Below are positions 1 through 9,581 of a DNA stretch of 64,000 nucleotides, one piece after another. Both the position numbers and the translations under genes were made by a program. The notes under the pieces were generated by a model. It worked only from the letters and a program-made list of their open reading frames with translations. It searched no databases and was not told the origin of the DNA. The DNA comes from an uncultured Alphaproteobacteria bacterium (GTDB lineage Bacteria; Pseudomonadota; Alphaproteobacteria; CAWJRW01). The stretch is from the NCBI GenBank assembly GCA_963845385.1, contig CAWJRW010000008.1, positions 2,399 through 66,398 of the forward strand. The letters run 5' to 3'. The stretch's first letter is position 1. The number at the start of each line of letters is the position of its first letter.

Positions 1-50
1 CGGCCAAGTCGTCCGTGAGCTGATTACATACGCATGCGCAATTGGCTCTG

Positions 51-153
51 GATGCCCGACGTAAAGTCGGGCATGACAGGCATTTGTTGGATTCCACCAC
101 ATCGCCCGACACCATCCCGTGTCATGCTCGGACTCGTTCCGGGCATCCAGGGC
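51..153. repeat. REP-like hairpin units, family 1 (TGTCATGCCCG..CGGGCATCCAGGGC type)
   Basis: Imperfect palindromes gatgcccgac-gtaaa-gtcgggcatgaca (51-78) and gtcatgctcgga-ctcgt-tccgggcatccagggc (121-153). The same motif recurs at 6789-6954, 12360-12501, 18969-18997, 42752-42932 and 57528-57613. Confidence 0.7.
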
Positions 154-173
154 AACAAGCGAATGCGTGACAA

Positions 174-1211
174 TTACGCTTTCTCGAACACCGCGACTTT
201 CGACAGGAACGCCTGGCTTTCCTCGCGCAAGGGAAGCCCCGCGGCACCAAACAGCGCGGCGAGATCCTGGCGCGCGTAGGAGGCGTAATAGGGCTCGTGG
301 AAGCTTGCGGGAAAATTCGCGAGCAGCTCGTCGAAAGCCGCGCGGTCGCCCGTCTGCAACGAGTCGAGCAGGATGAACGTGCCCTTGGGCTTCAAAAGCC
401 GCGCAATCTCGCGCGCGGTTTGCGCGCGGATTTTTGGCGGCAGCTCGTGGAAGAGATAGAGCGCGGTGACGATATCGGCCGCGCCGGAAGCAAGCGGGGT
501 GGCTTCGGCTTTGCCCTGAATGAATTCGACGGCGGGCCAGGACGCGAGCGCCTTCCGCGCTTCGCCGAGATAGTAAGGCGAGAGATCGAGCGCGCAGAGG
601 CGCAAGCGCGGATAGTTGTCCTTGACGAAGGAGAGAAAGCGCGCCGTGCCGCAGCCGAGATCGACGAGGGTGAGCTGGCGCTGATCGCGCCCCTTGAGCG
701 CGCGCGCGAGCGGCGGGAGACACGCGCGGCGCATGGCATCCGCCGCGCCGAGGAACAGCGTCTCGACCTGGAAGTCGTAAAGCGCCGCCGACTCCTCGGA
801 GAGATAGCCGTCGGTCTGGAAGTGGAAATTCTGGCGGTAATAGGCGGGATAGCGCCGGCTTTTCTCGTCGCCGGGAAGCTCGCGCACGCGCCCTTCCGCC
901 CGCCGCTCGGCCACGCGCCGCGCATCCTTGAGAAAGCGCCCCGAGAGCGCGAGCAAGCGGCGCGGATCGGCTGCAAGACCTTGCGGCGGCGCATAAAGCC
1001 CCGCCTCGATATTGCGCCAGTCTTCCTCGAAGAGCGCATAGAGGGCGCGGTAGAAGGTGGCGCTATCGGGTCCACGCGCAGCACGCGTGGCAGGCGTCTG
1101 CTTCGGATTCTTTTTCCCGGCGCGCGAGGCCGCGAGATAATGGCCGAAGAACCACGCCACGCGCGCCGATTGGCTCACGCCATAGCTCAACCGTTCGAAC
1201 GCGCTCGCCAT
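174..1211 (-). CDS. class I SAM-dependent methyltransferase
   Basis: ORF 174..1265 trimmed to ATG 1211 (MASAFERLSYG..), 2 nt downstream of the preceding stop. SAM-binding motif LVDLGCGTARF and LLKPKGTFILLD. Confidence 0.8.
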   Translation of the reverse strand: MASAFERLSYGVSQSARVAWFFGHYLAASRAGKKNPKQTPATRAARGPDSATFYRALYALFEEDWRNIEAGLYAPPQGLAADPRRLLALSGRFLKDARRVAERRAEGRVRELPGDEKSRRYPAYYRQNFHFQTDGYLSEESAALYDFQVETLFLGAADAMRRACLPPLARALKGRDQRQLTLVDLGCGTARFLSFVKDNYPRLRLCALDLSPYYLGEARKALASWPAVEFIQGKAEATPLASGAADIVTALYLFHELPPKIRAQTAREIARLLKPKGTFILLDSLQTGDRAAFDELLANFPASFHEPYYASYARQDLAALFGAAGLPLREESQAFLSKVAVFEKA

Positions 1212-1213
1212 GC

Positions 1214-2488
1214 TCAGCGTCCCTTGCGCGAGAATTGCGCCACAAGCTCGATCTCGGCCGACCACAGAAATTGATCGACGGGCCGCGCCCAGTCTAGCCG
1301 GAAGCCGCCGTCCTTTAGAATGCGCGCGTCACGCGCGAAGCTTGCCGGATTGCAGGAGACGGCCACCGCGCGCGCCACCTTCGAGGCTGCGATCGTTTCC
1401 GCTTGCGCGCGCGCACCCGCCCGCGGCGGATCGAGGACCACGGCATCGAAGCGCGAGAGCGTCTCCGCATCGAGGGGCGCGCGGAACAGATCGCGCGTCT
1501 CGACCGTGATGGGCTTGAGACCCTGCGCGTGGCGCGCGGCTTTGGAAAGTGCTGCGATGAGTTCCGCGTTCGCGTCGACGGCATGGACGGAGGCGCGCTT
1601 TGCCAGCGCCAGGCTGAATGTGCCGAGGCCTGCGAAGAGGTCGGCGACGCGGCGCGCGGCGCCTACGCCCTCGAGCACGAGCTCGGTGAGAGCCTGCTCG
1701 GCTTCCGCGCTCGCTTGCAGAAAGGCGCCGGGCGGCGGCACGAGCGGAATGCCCGCGACATGCAGAATCGGCGGTCGCCGCTCGACAATCACTTCGCCGC
1801 CCAGAGCGACACGCGCAAGATCGAGTTTCTGCGCGCCTTCCGCCAAGGCAAGGCGCAGGCGGCGCGCATCTTCCGGCGCCCGCGACAGAGTGAGCGCGAC
1901 ATCAAGTCCGCCTTCCGTCTGCAGCAGCGCGAGCATGCCTTGGCTTCCGGGGGCGAAGATTTCCGCGAGAAAGCCCCGCAAATCCGCGAGCCGCGCCACG
2001 ATGGCGGGCAGGAGCACGGGGCATTCTTCCACATCGACGAGATCGTGGCGCCGCGCCTTGTGGAAGCCGAGCACGGCGCCCGCCTTCGCGCGCCGGAAGC
2101 TCAACGCGGCGCGCCGCCGCGTGCCCGGCGGCAGCGACACGAGCGCGGCGACGGGTGCCTCCTCGATGCCGCGCTGGGCCAGCACATTCTCGATTTGCGT
2201 GCGTTTCCAGGCTGCATAAGCGGAGCCCGAAAGATGCTGGAGCTGGCATCCTCCGCATACGGAGAAATGCCGGCACAGGGGCGTTGCACGTTCGGGTCCG
2301 TCGGCGAGCCGCGCGAGCACGTGCCCGCGCGCGCCTTCGAGCGCGACGCGCACACGGTCGCCCGGCACGGTGAAGGGCACGAAAACGGGCCTGCCTGCAA
2401 GCTCCGCCACGCCATCGCCGTCATGGCCGATGCGCTCAATGGTGACTTCAATCGGCTCGGACACCGTCTTCAATTCTTTCCCCTTCAC
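1214..2488 (-). CDS. TrmA/RumA(RlmD)-family RNA (uracil-C5)-methyltransferase
   Basis: ORF 1214..2665. TRAM-like N-terminus (VTIERIGHDGDGVA), Cys cluster CRHFSVCGGCQLQH, SAM motif DLFAGLGTFSL and DPPRAG. Start set at in-frame GTG 2488 because 2489-2665 is occupied by REP-type repeats. The alternative is ATG 2665, which forms an ATGA overlap with the tlyA stop. Confidence 0.8.
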   Translation of the reverse strand: MKGKELKTVSEPIEVTIERIGHDGDGVAELAGRPVFVPFTVPGDRVRVALEGARGHVLARLADGPERATPLCRHFSVCGGCQLQHLSGSAYAAWKRTQIENVLAQRGIEEAPVAALVSLPPGTRRRAALSFRRAKAGAVLGFHKARRHDLVDVEECPVLLPAIVARLADLRGFLAEIFAPGSQGMLALLQTEGGLDVALTLSRAPEDARRLRLALAEGAQKLDLARVALGGEVIVERRPPILHVAGIPLVPPPGAFLQASAEAEQALTELVLEGVGAARRVADLFAGLGTFSLALAKRASVHAVDANAELIAALSKAARHAQGLKPITVETRDLFRAPLDAETLSRFDAVVLDPPRAGARAQAETIAASKVARAVAVSCNPASFARDARILKDGGFRLDWARPVDQFLWSAEIELVAQFSRKGR

Positions 2489-2657
2489 CCTAGCCCTCTT
2501 CCCAAGGGGAGAGGAAACGCGAGTGGCATGCCATCGCTTCTCCCTCTCCCTTTGGGAGAGGGTCGGGGTGAGGGGCACGAACGCTGTTTCGTAACTCGGG
2601 ATTGTACCCCTCACCCGGCGCGCTTGCGCGCGCCGCCCTCTCCCCAAGGAGAGGGCT
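2484..2657. repeat. REP-type repeats, family 3 (CCCCTCACCC + variable GC hairpin + CCCTCTCCC-loop-GGGAGAGGG)
   Basis: Units ccctcttcccaaggggagagg, ccctctccctttgggagagggtcggggtgagggg and cccctcacccggcgcgcttgcgcgcgccgccctctccccaaggagaggg lie between the tlyA stop and the methyltransferase start. The same family flanks the DUF559 gene at 47236-47701. Confidence 0.8.
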
Positions 2658-2661
2658 TCCG

Positions 2662-3392
2662 TCATCGGGTTGCCGCAAGGAGATACTCCACATTGCCGTC
2701 GCCGCCGGTGATCGGGCTCTCGGCGACGCCCAAAACGTTCAAGCCCCGCTCTTCAAGAACGCGCGCACACGGGCGACGGCCTCTTCGCGCGCGGCCACAT
2801 CGCGCACGATGCCGCCCTTGCCGATCTTCGCGCGCCCGACCTCGAATTGCGGCTTGACGAGAATGACGAAGAGCGCATCCGGCGCGGCGAGCGCGAGAAT
2901 CGCGGGCAAGACTTTCAGCACACTGATGAAGCTCACATCGACGCTGACGAGGTCCGGCGGTGCGGGGATTTGCGCCCGGGTGAGCTTGCGCGCATCCACG
3001 CCTTCGAGAGAGACGACGCGCGCATCCGCCTTCAAGCGCGGATGAAGCTGGCCGTGCCCCACATCCAGCGCATAGACGCGCGCCGCACCGCGCGCGAGCA
3101 AGACTTCAGTGAAGCCGCCGGTCGAGGCGCCGACATCGAGCGCGACGCGGCCCTTCACATCGAGCGCGAAATGGTCGAGCGCGTGGGCGAGCTTGAGCCC
3201 GCCGCGGGAGACGTAGGGAATAGCCGTGCCTTCGAGCGCGAGCGGCGCGTCTTCGGCCAGACGTTCGCTCGGCTTCTCCACCACACGCGCGCCCGACCGC
3301 ACGTGGCCCGCCGCGATCTCGGCCTGCGCACGAGCGCGGCTTTCCACGAGTCCGCGCACCAACAGCAATTGATCTGCGCGCAAGCGAGTCAT
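2662..3392 (-). pseudogene. tlyA: TlyA-family rRNA (cytidine-2'-O)-methyltransferase, one apparent frameshift near 2755
   Basis: ORF 2739..3407 from ATG 3392 (MTRLRADQLLLVRGL S4 domain, LDVGASTGGFTEVLL, KPQFE). The conserved C-terminus (..ERGLNVLGVAESPITGGDGNVEYLLAATR*) is read in another frame down to TGA 2662-2664. Confidence 0.85.
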
Positions 3393-3407
3393 GCGATCAA
3401 AGATCAA

Positions 3408-4322
3408 CTACGACGGCCGCTCGACCACGAAGCGCGCCACCGCGCGCAAGAGCGCCGCGCGCTCGCCGAAATGGTCGAGATGGCGCGCGGCTTGGCTTGC
3501 CAAGAGATTGGCCTGCGCGCGGGCGCGCTCGACGCCCAGAAGCGCCACGAAGGTCGCCTTGCCCGCCGCCGCGTCCTTGCGCACGGCTTTGCCGATTTGC
3601 GCCGCGTCGCCCGTGGCATCCAGAAGATCGTCGGCGATCTGGAAGGCGAGCCCCAGATCATGGGCGAAGCCCAAGACCGCGTGCATGGCCTCGCCGCGCG
3701 CATGGCCCATGATGGCGCCCATCTCGCAGGCGCAGGTGATGAGCGCGCCGGTCTTCATCTGCTGGAGGCGCGTGACGATGCGCTCATCGACCTCGACGTT
3801 CTCGCAGGCGAGGTCGAGCATCTGGCCGCCCACCATGCCGCGCGCGCCGGCGGCTTTCGAAAGCACCAGCACGAGATCGGCGCGCACGCGCGGATCGTCG
3901 TGGGTTTCCGGATCGGCCAGAATCTCGAAGGCGAGCGTGAGCAGCGCGTCGCCCGCGAGCACGGCGGTCGCCTCGTCATAAGCCTTGTGCACGGTGGCGC
4001 GCCCGCGGCGAAGATCGTCGTCGTCCATGCAGGGCAGATCGTCATGGACGAGGGAATAAGTGTGCACGCATTCGATCGCGGCACCCACGCGCAAGAGCCT
4101 GCGCCGGTCGACGCCGAACAGCCGGCCGCATTCGAGCGCGAGAAACGGACGCAAGCGCTTGCCGGGCCCGAGCGCCGCATAGCGCATGGCGTCGTAAAGC
4201 CGCGCCTCGGGCCCGCCGCTCGAGGGCATGAGGGCGCCGAGCCACTCGTCCACCTCGCGCGCGGCCGCATCGAGCGCGCGGCGCACGTCGAGCGCCACGG
4301 TTGTCCCGTCCTTATCGTTCAT
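3408..4322 (-). CDS. ispA: farnesyl diphosphate synthase (polyprenyl synthetase)
   Basis: ORF 3408..4637 trimmed to ATG 4322 (MNDKDG..), which forms an ATGA overlap with the xseB stop. Motifs [17 protein letters not shown] and FQIADDLLD. Confidence 0.9.
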   Translation of the reverse strand: MNDKDGTTVALDVRRALDAAAREVDEWLGALMPSSGGPEARLYDAMRYAALGPGKRLRPFLALECGRLFGVDRRRLLRVGAAIECVHTYSLVHDDLPCMDDDDLRRGRATVHKAYDEATAVLAGDALLTLAFEILADPETHDDPRVRADLVLVLSKAAGARGMVGGQMLDLACENVEVDERIVTRLQQMKTGALITCACEMGAIMGHARGEAMHAVLGFAHDLGLAFQIADDLLDATGDAAQIGKAVRKDAAAGKATFVALLGVERARAQANLLASQAARHLDHFGERAALLRAVARFVVERPS

Positions 4323-4624
4323 GTGACGTCGAACGGCTCGGTCTTGACGCCGCCTTCCGCAGTGACGACGATCTTTTCGATCTTGGCCTGCGCCGATTTG
4401 AGCTTCTGCTCGCAATGGGATTTCAAGGCGGCGCCGCGCTCGTAGATGGCGATGGATTCCTCGAGCCCCACCTGGCCCTTCTCGAGCGTCGCCACGATGC
4501 GCTCGAGCTCGGCCAATGCCTCCTCGAAGCTCAACTGCGGACTCTGCGCGACGTCCTTGTGCGCGACGTCCTTGTGCGCGCCGTCCTTGCCGGACTTTTC
4601 CTTGGCTTGCCGGTCGTTCGCCAC
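4319..4624 (-). CDS. xseB: exodeoxyribonuclease VII small subunit
   Basis: ORF 4319..4624. Core [34 protein letters not shown] is typical XseB. The N-terminus carries an in-frame 15-nt tandem repeat (AHKDV x2-3). Confidence 0.9.
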   Translation of the reverse strand: MANDRQAKEKSGKDGAHKDVAHKDVAQSPQLSFEEALAELERIVATLEKGQVGLEESIAIYERGAALKSHCEQKLKSAQAKIEKIVVTAEGGVKTEPFDVT

Positions 4625-4633
4625 GGGCTCTCC

Positions 4634-5563
4634 TCAAGCTTCCATCAAGGCGCCCACATGGGCGGCCGCGCTCCGGGCGAGCGCCGCAAGATCGTACCCG
4701 CCTTCGAGCGCGGAGACGAGACGGCCCTTGGCGTGGCGGGCGGCCACCCCGGCAAGCGCCTTGGTCGCCCAGGCATAGTCATCGTCGGAAAAATTGAGCT
4801 GCGCCAGGGGATCGTTCGCATGGGCGTCGAAGCCCGCCGAAACAAGGAGGAATTCCGGCGCGAATTGGTCGAGCCGCGGCAGCACGATCCCGCTCATGGC
4901 GGCGCGGAACTCGGCCGAGCCGGAAAAGGGCTTCAGTGGCACATTGACGACGTTTTCGGCGATGCCGGTCTCACGCGCGGCACCCGTGCCGGGATAAAGC
5001 GGGTATTGATGGGTCGAGGCATAGAAGAGGCTCGCATCGCTCTCGAACACGGCCTGGGTGCCGTTGCCGTGATGGACGTCGAAATCCATGACCGCCACGC
5101 GCTCGCAGCCGTGGGCCGCGCGCGCATGGAGCGCGCCGATGGCGATGTTGTTGAAGAGGCAGAAGCCCATGGCGGTCGCGGGCTCGGCGTGGTGGCCGGG
5201 CGGGCGGACGGCACAAAACGCGTTCTGCGCCCCGCCCTCCATGACGAGGTCGACGGCGCGCACGACCGCGCCCGCCGCGCGCAGCGCCGCCTCCCGGCTG
5301 CCGGGCGAAAGCACCGTGTCGGCATCGATATGGGCGAAGCCTTCCTCGGGAATGTGCGAGAACACATAGTCGACGAAGGCTTTCGGATGCACGCGCGCGA
5401 GCGCCTCGTCGCTCACACGCGGCGCTTCCTCGCGGCGCAAAGCGGCAAAGCGCGGTGCCTCGAGCGCGTGCAGAACGGCGCGGAGACGGTCCGGGCTCTC
5501 GGGATGGCCCAAGGGAACGTCGTGGTAAAAGCAGGCGGAATGCGTGATGAGCGCCGTCGTCAC
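4634..5563 (-). CDS. histone deacetylase-family amidohydrolase (acetoin utilisation/HDAC-like)
   Basis: Intact ORF. HPESPDRL, RPPGHHA, DFDVHHGNGTQ and EGGY motifs. Confidence 0.9.
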   Translation of the reverse strand: MTTALITHSACFYHDVPLGHPESPDRLRAVLHALEAPRFAALRREEAPRVSDEALARVHPKAFVDYVFSHIPEEGFAHIDADTVLSPGSREAALRAAGAVVRAVDLVMEGGAQNAFCAVRPPGHHAEPATAMGFCLFNNIAIGALHARAAHGCERVAVMDFDVHHGNGTQAVFESDASLFYASTHQYPLYPGTGAARETGIAENVVNVPLKPFSGSAEFRAAMSGIVLPRLDQFAPEFLLVSAGFDAHANDPLAQLNFSDDDYAWATKALAGVAARHAKGRLVSALEGGYDLAALARSAAAHVGALMEA

Positions 5564-5589
5564 GCCGACAATCTCGCCCGGATCGCGCG

Positions 5590-6781
5590 ATGAGACAAGT
5601 CATGAAACTCCTGCTGTCGCGCCGCGTGCTTTTGCGCTGGCTGCCGGTTCTGTTCGTCGTCGCGGCGCTCATTGCCTTGGGCGCCGTGTTCTTTTCCGCG
5701 CGCACCACCGAGGCGCGGCTTTTTCTCGAAGACGTGGCCGCGGGCGATGCGCCGTCCGCGCTCAAGGCGCGGACGAAGCCGCCGAGCAAGCGCGTCCTCG
5801 ATTGGACGATCGACGGCAGGCAGGGCTTGGGCGACCTTTATCTGCCGGCGGACGAAAAGCCGTTGGCGCGCCTCGTGCTTTTGCCCGGGCTCGTCTCCGA
5901 AGGACGCACGAACCCGCAGCTCGTGGCCTTCGCGAATTCGCTCGCGCGCTTGCGCTTTGCCGTGCTCGTGCCGGAGATCGCGAGCTTCCGCTCGCTGCAT
6001 CTTTCGCCCGCCGACGCCCGCGTCATCGCGGACGCTTTGCACGCGCTTTCGGAATGGTCCGGGACGCCCGCGCAAGTGGGCCTTGCCGCCGTCTCTTACG
6101 CGCTCGGGCCCTGCGCTCATCGCCACGCTCGAGCCGGATGTGCGCGGGCGTGTTGCCTTCGTGCTCGGCGTCGGCGGCTATTACGACCTCGACGCCGCCA
6201 TCACTTACGCCACCACCGGCTGCTTTCGCAGCGATGCGAAGAAGCGCTGGACGTGCCGCGCGCCCAACAACTACGGCAAATGGGTGTTCGCGCGCATCAA
6301 TGCCAGCCGCATCGAAAGCCCTCCCGACCGCGCCACCCTGCAGGCCATCGCGGCGCGCAAGCTCAACGATCCCAATGCCGATATCGGCGATCTCCTGCCC
6401 ACCCTCGGGCCCGAAGGGCGCACCGTCACGGACCTGTTGCTCAACGCCGATCCCGACCGGGTCCCTGCGCTCGTTGCGCGCCTGCCCCGGCCCGTGCGCG
6501 CGGATTTCGAGCGCCTAAGCCCCGCGCACTATCCCTTGGGCGAGATTTCGGCGGACGTCTTTCTGATACACGGACGCAACGACGGCCTGATCCCGCCCAC
6601 GGAAAGCAAAAAACTCGCAAGAGTTCTTCCCCACGCGCATCTGACGCTTGTCGCGCATATCGCCCATGTGGAATTCACGGGCCCCCTTGGGCTCATCGAC
6701 GACCTCTCCTTGCTCGGCGCCGTGCGGCGTCTCATCGCGATCCGCGATCGCTTGGGCGCAGAGACGACACCGCTGCGTTAG
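5590..6781 (+). pseudogene. alpha/beta hydrolase with N-terminal membrane anchor, one apparent frameshift at the CCC run 6108-6110
   Basis: ORF 5590.. (MRQVMKLLLSRR.. TM helix ..GLAAVSYALGP) continues in the frame of ORF 5672..6781 (ALIATLEPDVRGRVAFVLGVGGYYD .. FLIHGRNDGLIP .. HVEF). Deleting one C at 6108-6110 joins them. Confidence 0.75.
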
Positions 6782-6788
6782 GCCGTAT

Positions 6789-6954
6789 TGACATTCAGGT
6801 GTCATCCCCGAGGCCGCCCCGGATTTAATCCGGGGCGAGCGCTCGGGGATCCAGGGCCGCTTGCTCTGAGCGTGGTGCCCTGGATTCCCGATCGCTGACT
6901 TTGCCGACCAAAATCCTCCCGGATTTTGGGGCAAAGTCGCGTCGGGAATGACAG
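6789..6954. repeat. composite REP/MITE-like element X, copy A
   Basis: Aligns by eye with the reverse complement of 42752-42932. Ends are tgtcatccccg / cgggaatgaca. Several internal hairpins. ORFs here (e.g. 6515..7123) have no coding character. Confidence 0.75.
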
Positions 6955-7039
6955 TCCAAGACCAATGCCGACTGAACCTGACGTTCACATGCTGCGAGCC
7001 CCTTGCGCGCGCGTAAACGCCCGCGTAACTCTGAATGCC

Positions 7040-7940
7040 ATGCCCGATCACGCCGTGAGCATCTTGCTCGAAGAGCGCTCGGTCCTTGCCGTGGCAGGCG
7101 AGGACCGGCTCACGTACCTGCAAGGGCTCCTCACCAACGACATCACGAAATTGTCGCCCACCCGCGCGCTTTATGCGGCGTTGCTCGCGCCGCAGGGCAA
7201 GATTCAGTTCGATTTCTTCGTGGCGCAGGATGGCGAGACTATTCTCTTCGACGTCGGTGCGCGGCGAGGCCGAAGCGCTCTTGAAGCGGCTCTCGCTTTA
7301 CAAGCTCCGCGCCAAGGTGACGCTCTCCGACCGCTCCCCATCTTGGGCCGTCGTCGCGCTTGTCGGCGCGGACGCGGCAAAGCATCTCGCACTCGCGGGC
7401 AGCCCAGGCGCGGCGGGGCGCTTTGGCGATGCCATTGCCTTCGTCGATCCGCGCCATGCGGATCTCGGCGCGCGCTTGATCGTGCCGCGCGAGAGTGCCG
7501 AGGCCACGATCGCGGCGCTCGCGTTGCCGCGCGCGGAGGCGCTCGCCTATGACGAGCGCCGCATGCAGCTCGGCATCGCCGAAGGCCTTGAGCTCACGCG
7601 CGACGGGCTTTACGCGCTCGAGGCGAATTTCGAGGAGTTGAACGGCGTCGACTTCAAGAAGGGCTGCTATGTGGGCCAGGAGCTCACGGCGCGCATGAAG
7701 CACAAGACCGAATTGCGCAAGCGCGTGCTGCCGGTGCTGGCGGAGCAAAATTTGCCGGAGCCGGGAGCGCCGATTTCGGCGGGCGGCGAGACCATCGGCA
7801 TGCTCATCAGCCGCGCCCACGGCAAGGGCGTGGCGCTTGTGCGCCTCGACAGGCTTGCCGCCGCGCAAGCGCGGGGCGAGAGGTTCACAGCGGGTGACAT
7901 TGCGCTCAAGATCGAGCGCCCCGCATGGCTCATCGGATGA
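7040..7940 (+). pseudogene. ygfZ: folate-binding tRNA-modification protein YgfZ, one apparent frameshift near 7262
   Basis: N-terminus from ATG 7040 in the frame of ORF 6926..7552 (MPDHAVSILLEERSVLAVAGEDRLTYLQGLLTNDI). The remainder is ORF 7086..7940, with the KGCYVGQELTARMKHK signature. Confidence 0.85.
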
Positions 7941-7964
7941 TTTTCACAAGAGGAGACGACTGCG

Positions 7965-8468
7965 ATGCTCCATCATGTCTCGCTCGGCGTTGCGGATGTG
8001 GAACGCGCCGCAAAATTTTATGACGCGGTTTTGGGCGCGCTCGGTTTCAAGCGCATGGCGGATTTTCTGCCCTACGCCGTGGCCTATGGCGACACGGGCT
8101 ACAGCCTTTGGGTACAACTTCCGAGCGACCGCAATCCCGCTCGCGCCGGCAACGGCGCCCACATCGCCTTCAACGCCAAGACCAAGCGCGCCGTGCAATC
8201 GTTCCATCGCGTGGCGCTCGAGGCCGGCGGCACCGATGAGGGCGCGCCGGGTCCGCGGCCCGAATACTCGCCCGACTATTACGGCGCCTTCGTGCGCGAT
8301 CTCGACGGCAACAAGATCGAAGCCGTGGTCGTGATGGAGGTCGTGCCCGCCTCCGCCGCGAAGCCGAAAGCGCGCAAGAAAGCGGCGCCGAAAAAGTCCG
8401 CCAAGGCAAAGTCCCGCACGCGGAGGAAGATGGCAAAGCCCGCCAGGCGCAAGGCCAAGCGGCGGTGA
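7965..8468 (+). CDS. VOC (glyoxalase/bleomycin-resistance fold) protein with basic Lys/Arg/Ala/Pro-rich C-terminal tail
   Basis: ORF 7965..8468. MLHHVSLGVADVERAAKFYDAVLGALGF and YYGAFVRDLDGNKIEAV. The last ~40 aa are AAKPKARKKAAPKKSAKAKSRTRRKMAKPARRKAKRR. The stop overlaps the tag start. Confidence 0.8.
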   Translation: MLHHVSLGVADVERAAKFYDAVLGALGFKRMADFLPYAVAYGDTGYSLWVQLPSDRNPARAGNGAHIAFNAKTKRAVQSFHRVALEAGGTDEGAPGPRPEYSPDYYGAFVRDLDGNKIEAVVVMEVVPASAAKPKARKKAAPKKSAKAKSRTRRKMAKPARRKAKRR

Positions 8469-9052
8469 GCCGAAAGCTCGTCCGCTGCGCCTGGCCGGGC
8501 GAGGACCCGCTTTATTGCGCCTATCACGACAAGGAGTGGGGCGTGCCCGAATGGAACGAGCGCGCGCTCTATGAGAAGCTCGTGCTCGACGGCTTTCAGG
8601 CGGGGCTGTCCTGGATCACGATCCTGCGCAAGCGCGAGGCGTTTCGAAAAGCCTTCGCGGGCTTTCAACCCGAGCGCGTCGCTTCGTTCGGCGCGCGCGA
8701 TGTCGCGCGGCTGCTCAAGGACGAAGGCATCGTGCGCCATCGCGGCAAGATCGAGGGCGCGATCAAGAATGCGCAGAGCTATCTCGCGATGAAGGAGCGC
8801 GGCGAGAATTTCGCCGAGTTTCTATGGTCGCATGTCGGCGGCGCGATGCGCGTCAACCGCCACCGCCGCATGGGCGATGTTCCCGCCGAAACCAAGGAAA
8901 GCCAGGCGCTGTCCAAGGCGCTGAAAGCGCAGGGCTTTAGCTTCTGCGGCCCCACGATCGTCTACGCCTTCATGCAGGCCACGGGCATGGTCAACGACCA
9001 CGTCGTCACCTGCTTCCGGCACAAGGAATGCGAAGCGCTGGCGGAGAAGTAG
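8465..9052 (+). CDS. tag: DNA-3-methyladenine glycosylase I
   Basis: ORF 8465..9052. CAWPGEDPLYCAYHDKEWGVP and LDGFQAGLSWITILRKREAFR. Confidence 0.92.
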   Translation: MSRKLVRCAWPGEDPLYCAYHDKEWGVPEWNERALYEKLVLDGFQAGLSWITILRKREAFRKAFAGFQPERVASFGARDVARLLKDEGIVRHRGKIEGAIKNAQSYLAMKERGENFAEFLWSHVGGAMRVNRHRRMGDVPAETKESQALSKALKAQGFSFCGPTIVYAFMQATGMVNDHVVTCFRHKECEALAEK

Positions 9053-9084
9053 CGCAGTTTGAATGGGATACCGCAGCAACAACA

Positions 9085-9163
<79 letters not shown>

Positions 9164-9192
9164 GTCCTGCACCAACCAAATGTCAAAATGAG

Positions 9193-9564
9193 CTAGCGCA
9201 CGCGGGGGCTCATGCGCGCGACCTTGAAGGTGCGCGTCACGCCGTCATGCTCGGTGATGGAGAGATAGTCGTCTTGGCGGATGGTGTGGCGGTCGAGCTT
9301 GAAGATCGGCTCGTCGTCTTCGGCTTTTTTCGGATCGTAGTCGAAGCACCAGGCGCCGCGCCGATGCGCGAGGACGCCGTGCTCGTCCTCCTCGCCCTCC
9401 CAGAAGCGCCGCACCGTGCAGGCGCCGGCATTCTTCTTCCATTCCTCGGCGTCCAGGCGGCCGTCCTTGGTCAAGGGCGCGGTGAAATCATAGCCCCGCG
9501 CAATGCTTCCTTCGGGAAACTCGGGCGAGCGGGCAAGCTCCAAGCGCACGCGCATGAGCGTCAT
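9193..9564 (-). CDS. hypothetical protein (123 aa, acidic)
   Basis: Frame of ORF 9193..10482 trimmed to ATG 9564, which is preceded by GGGAG. No domain recognised. The longer ORF upstream overlaps the usp gene in another frame. Confidence 0.55.
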   Translation of the reverse strand: MTLMRVRLELARSPEFPEGSIARGYDFTAPLTKDGRLDAEEWKKNAGACTVRRFWEGEEDEHGVLAHRRGAWCFDYDPKKAEDDEPIFKLDRHTIRQDDYLSITEHDGVTRTFKVARMSPRVR

Positions 9565-9581
9565 CAAAATCTCCCTCGTGT

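Noticed and set aside
2489-2665. A 59-aa N-terminal extension of the RNA methyltransferase starting at ATG 2665 (ATGA overlap with the tlyA stop).
   Set aside because: The extension is encoded entirely by family 3 REP repeats (PLTPTLSQREREK.., SPLGKRARV) that occur elsewhere as non-coding DNA. The in-frame GTG 2488 gives a normal TRAM-domain N-terminus. I keep the ATG as the alternative.
3408-4637. A 409-aa version of IspA with a 105-aa Arg-rich N-terminal extension.
   Set aside because: The extension overlaps xseB in another frame and has no coding character. ATG 4322 with the ATGA overlap gives a standard-length FPP synthase.
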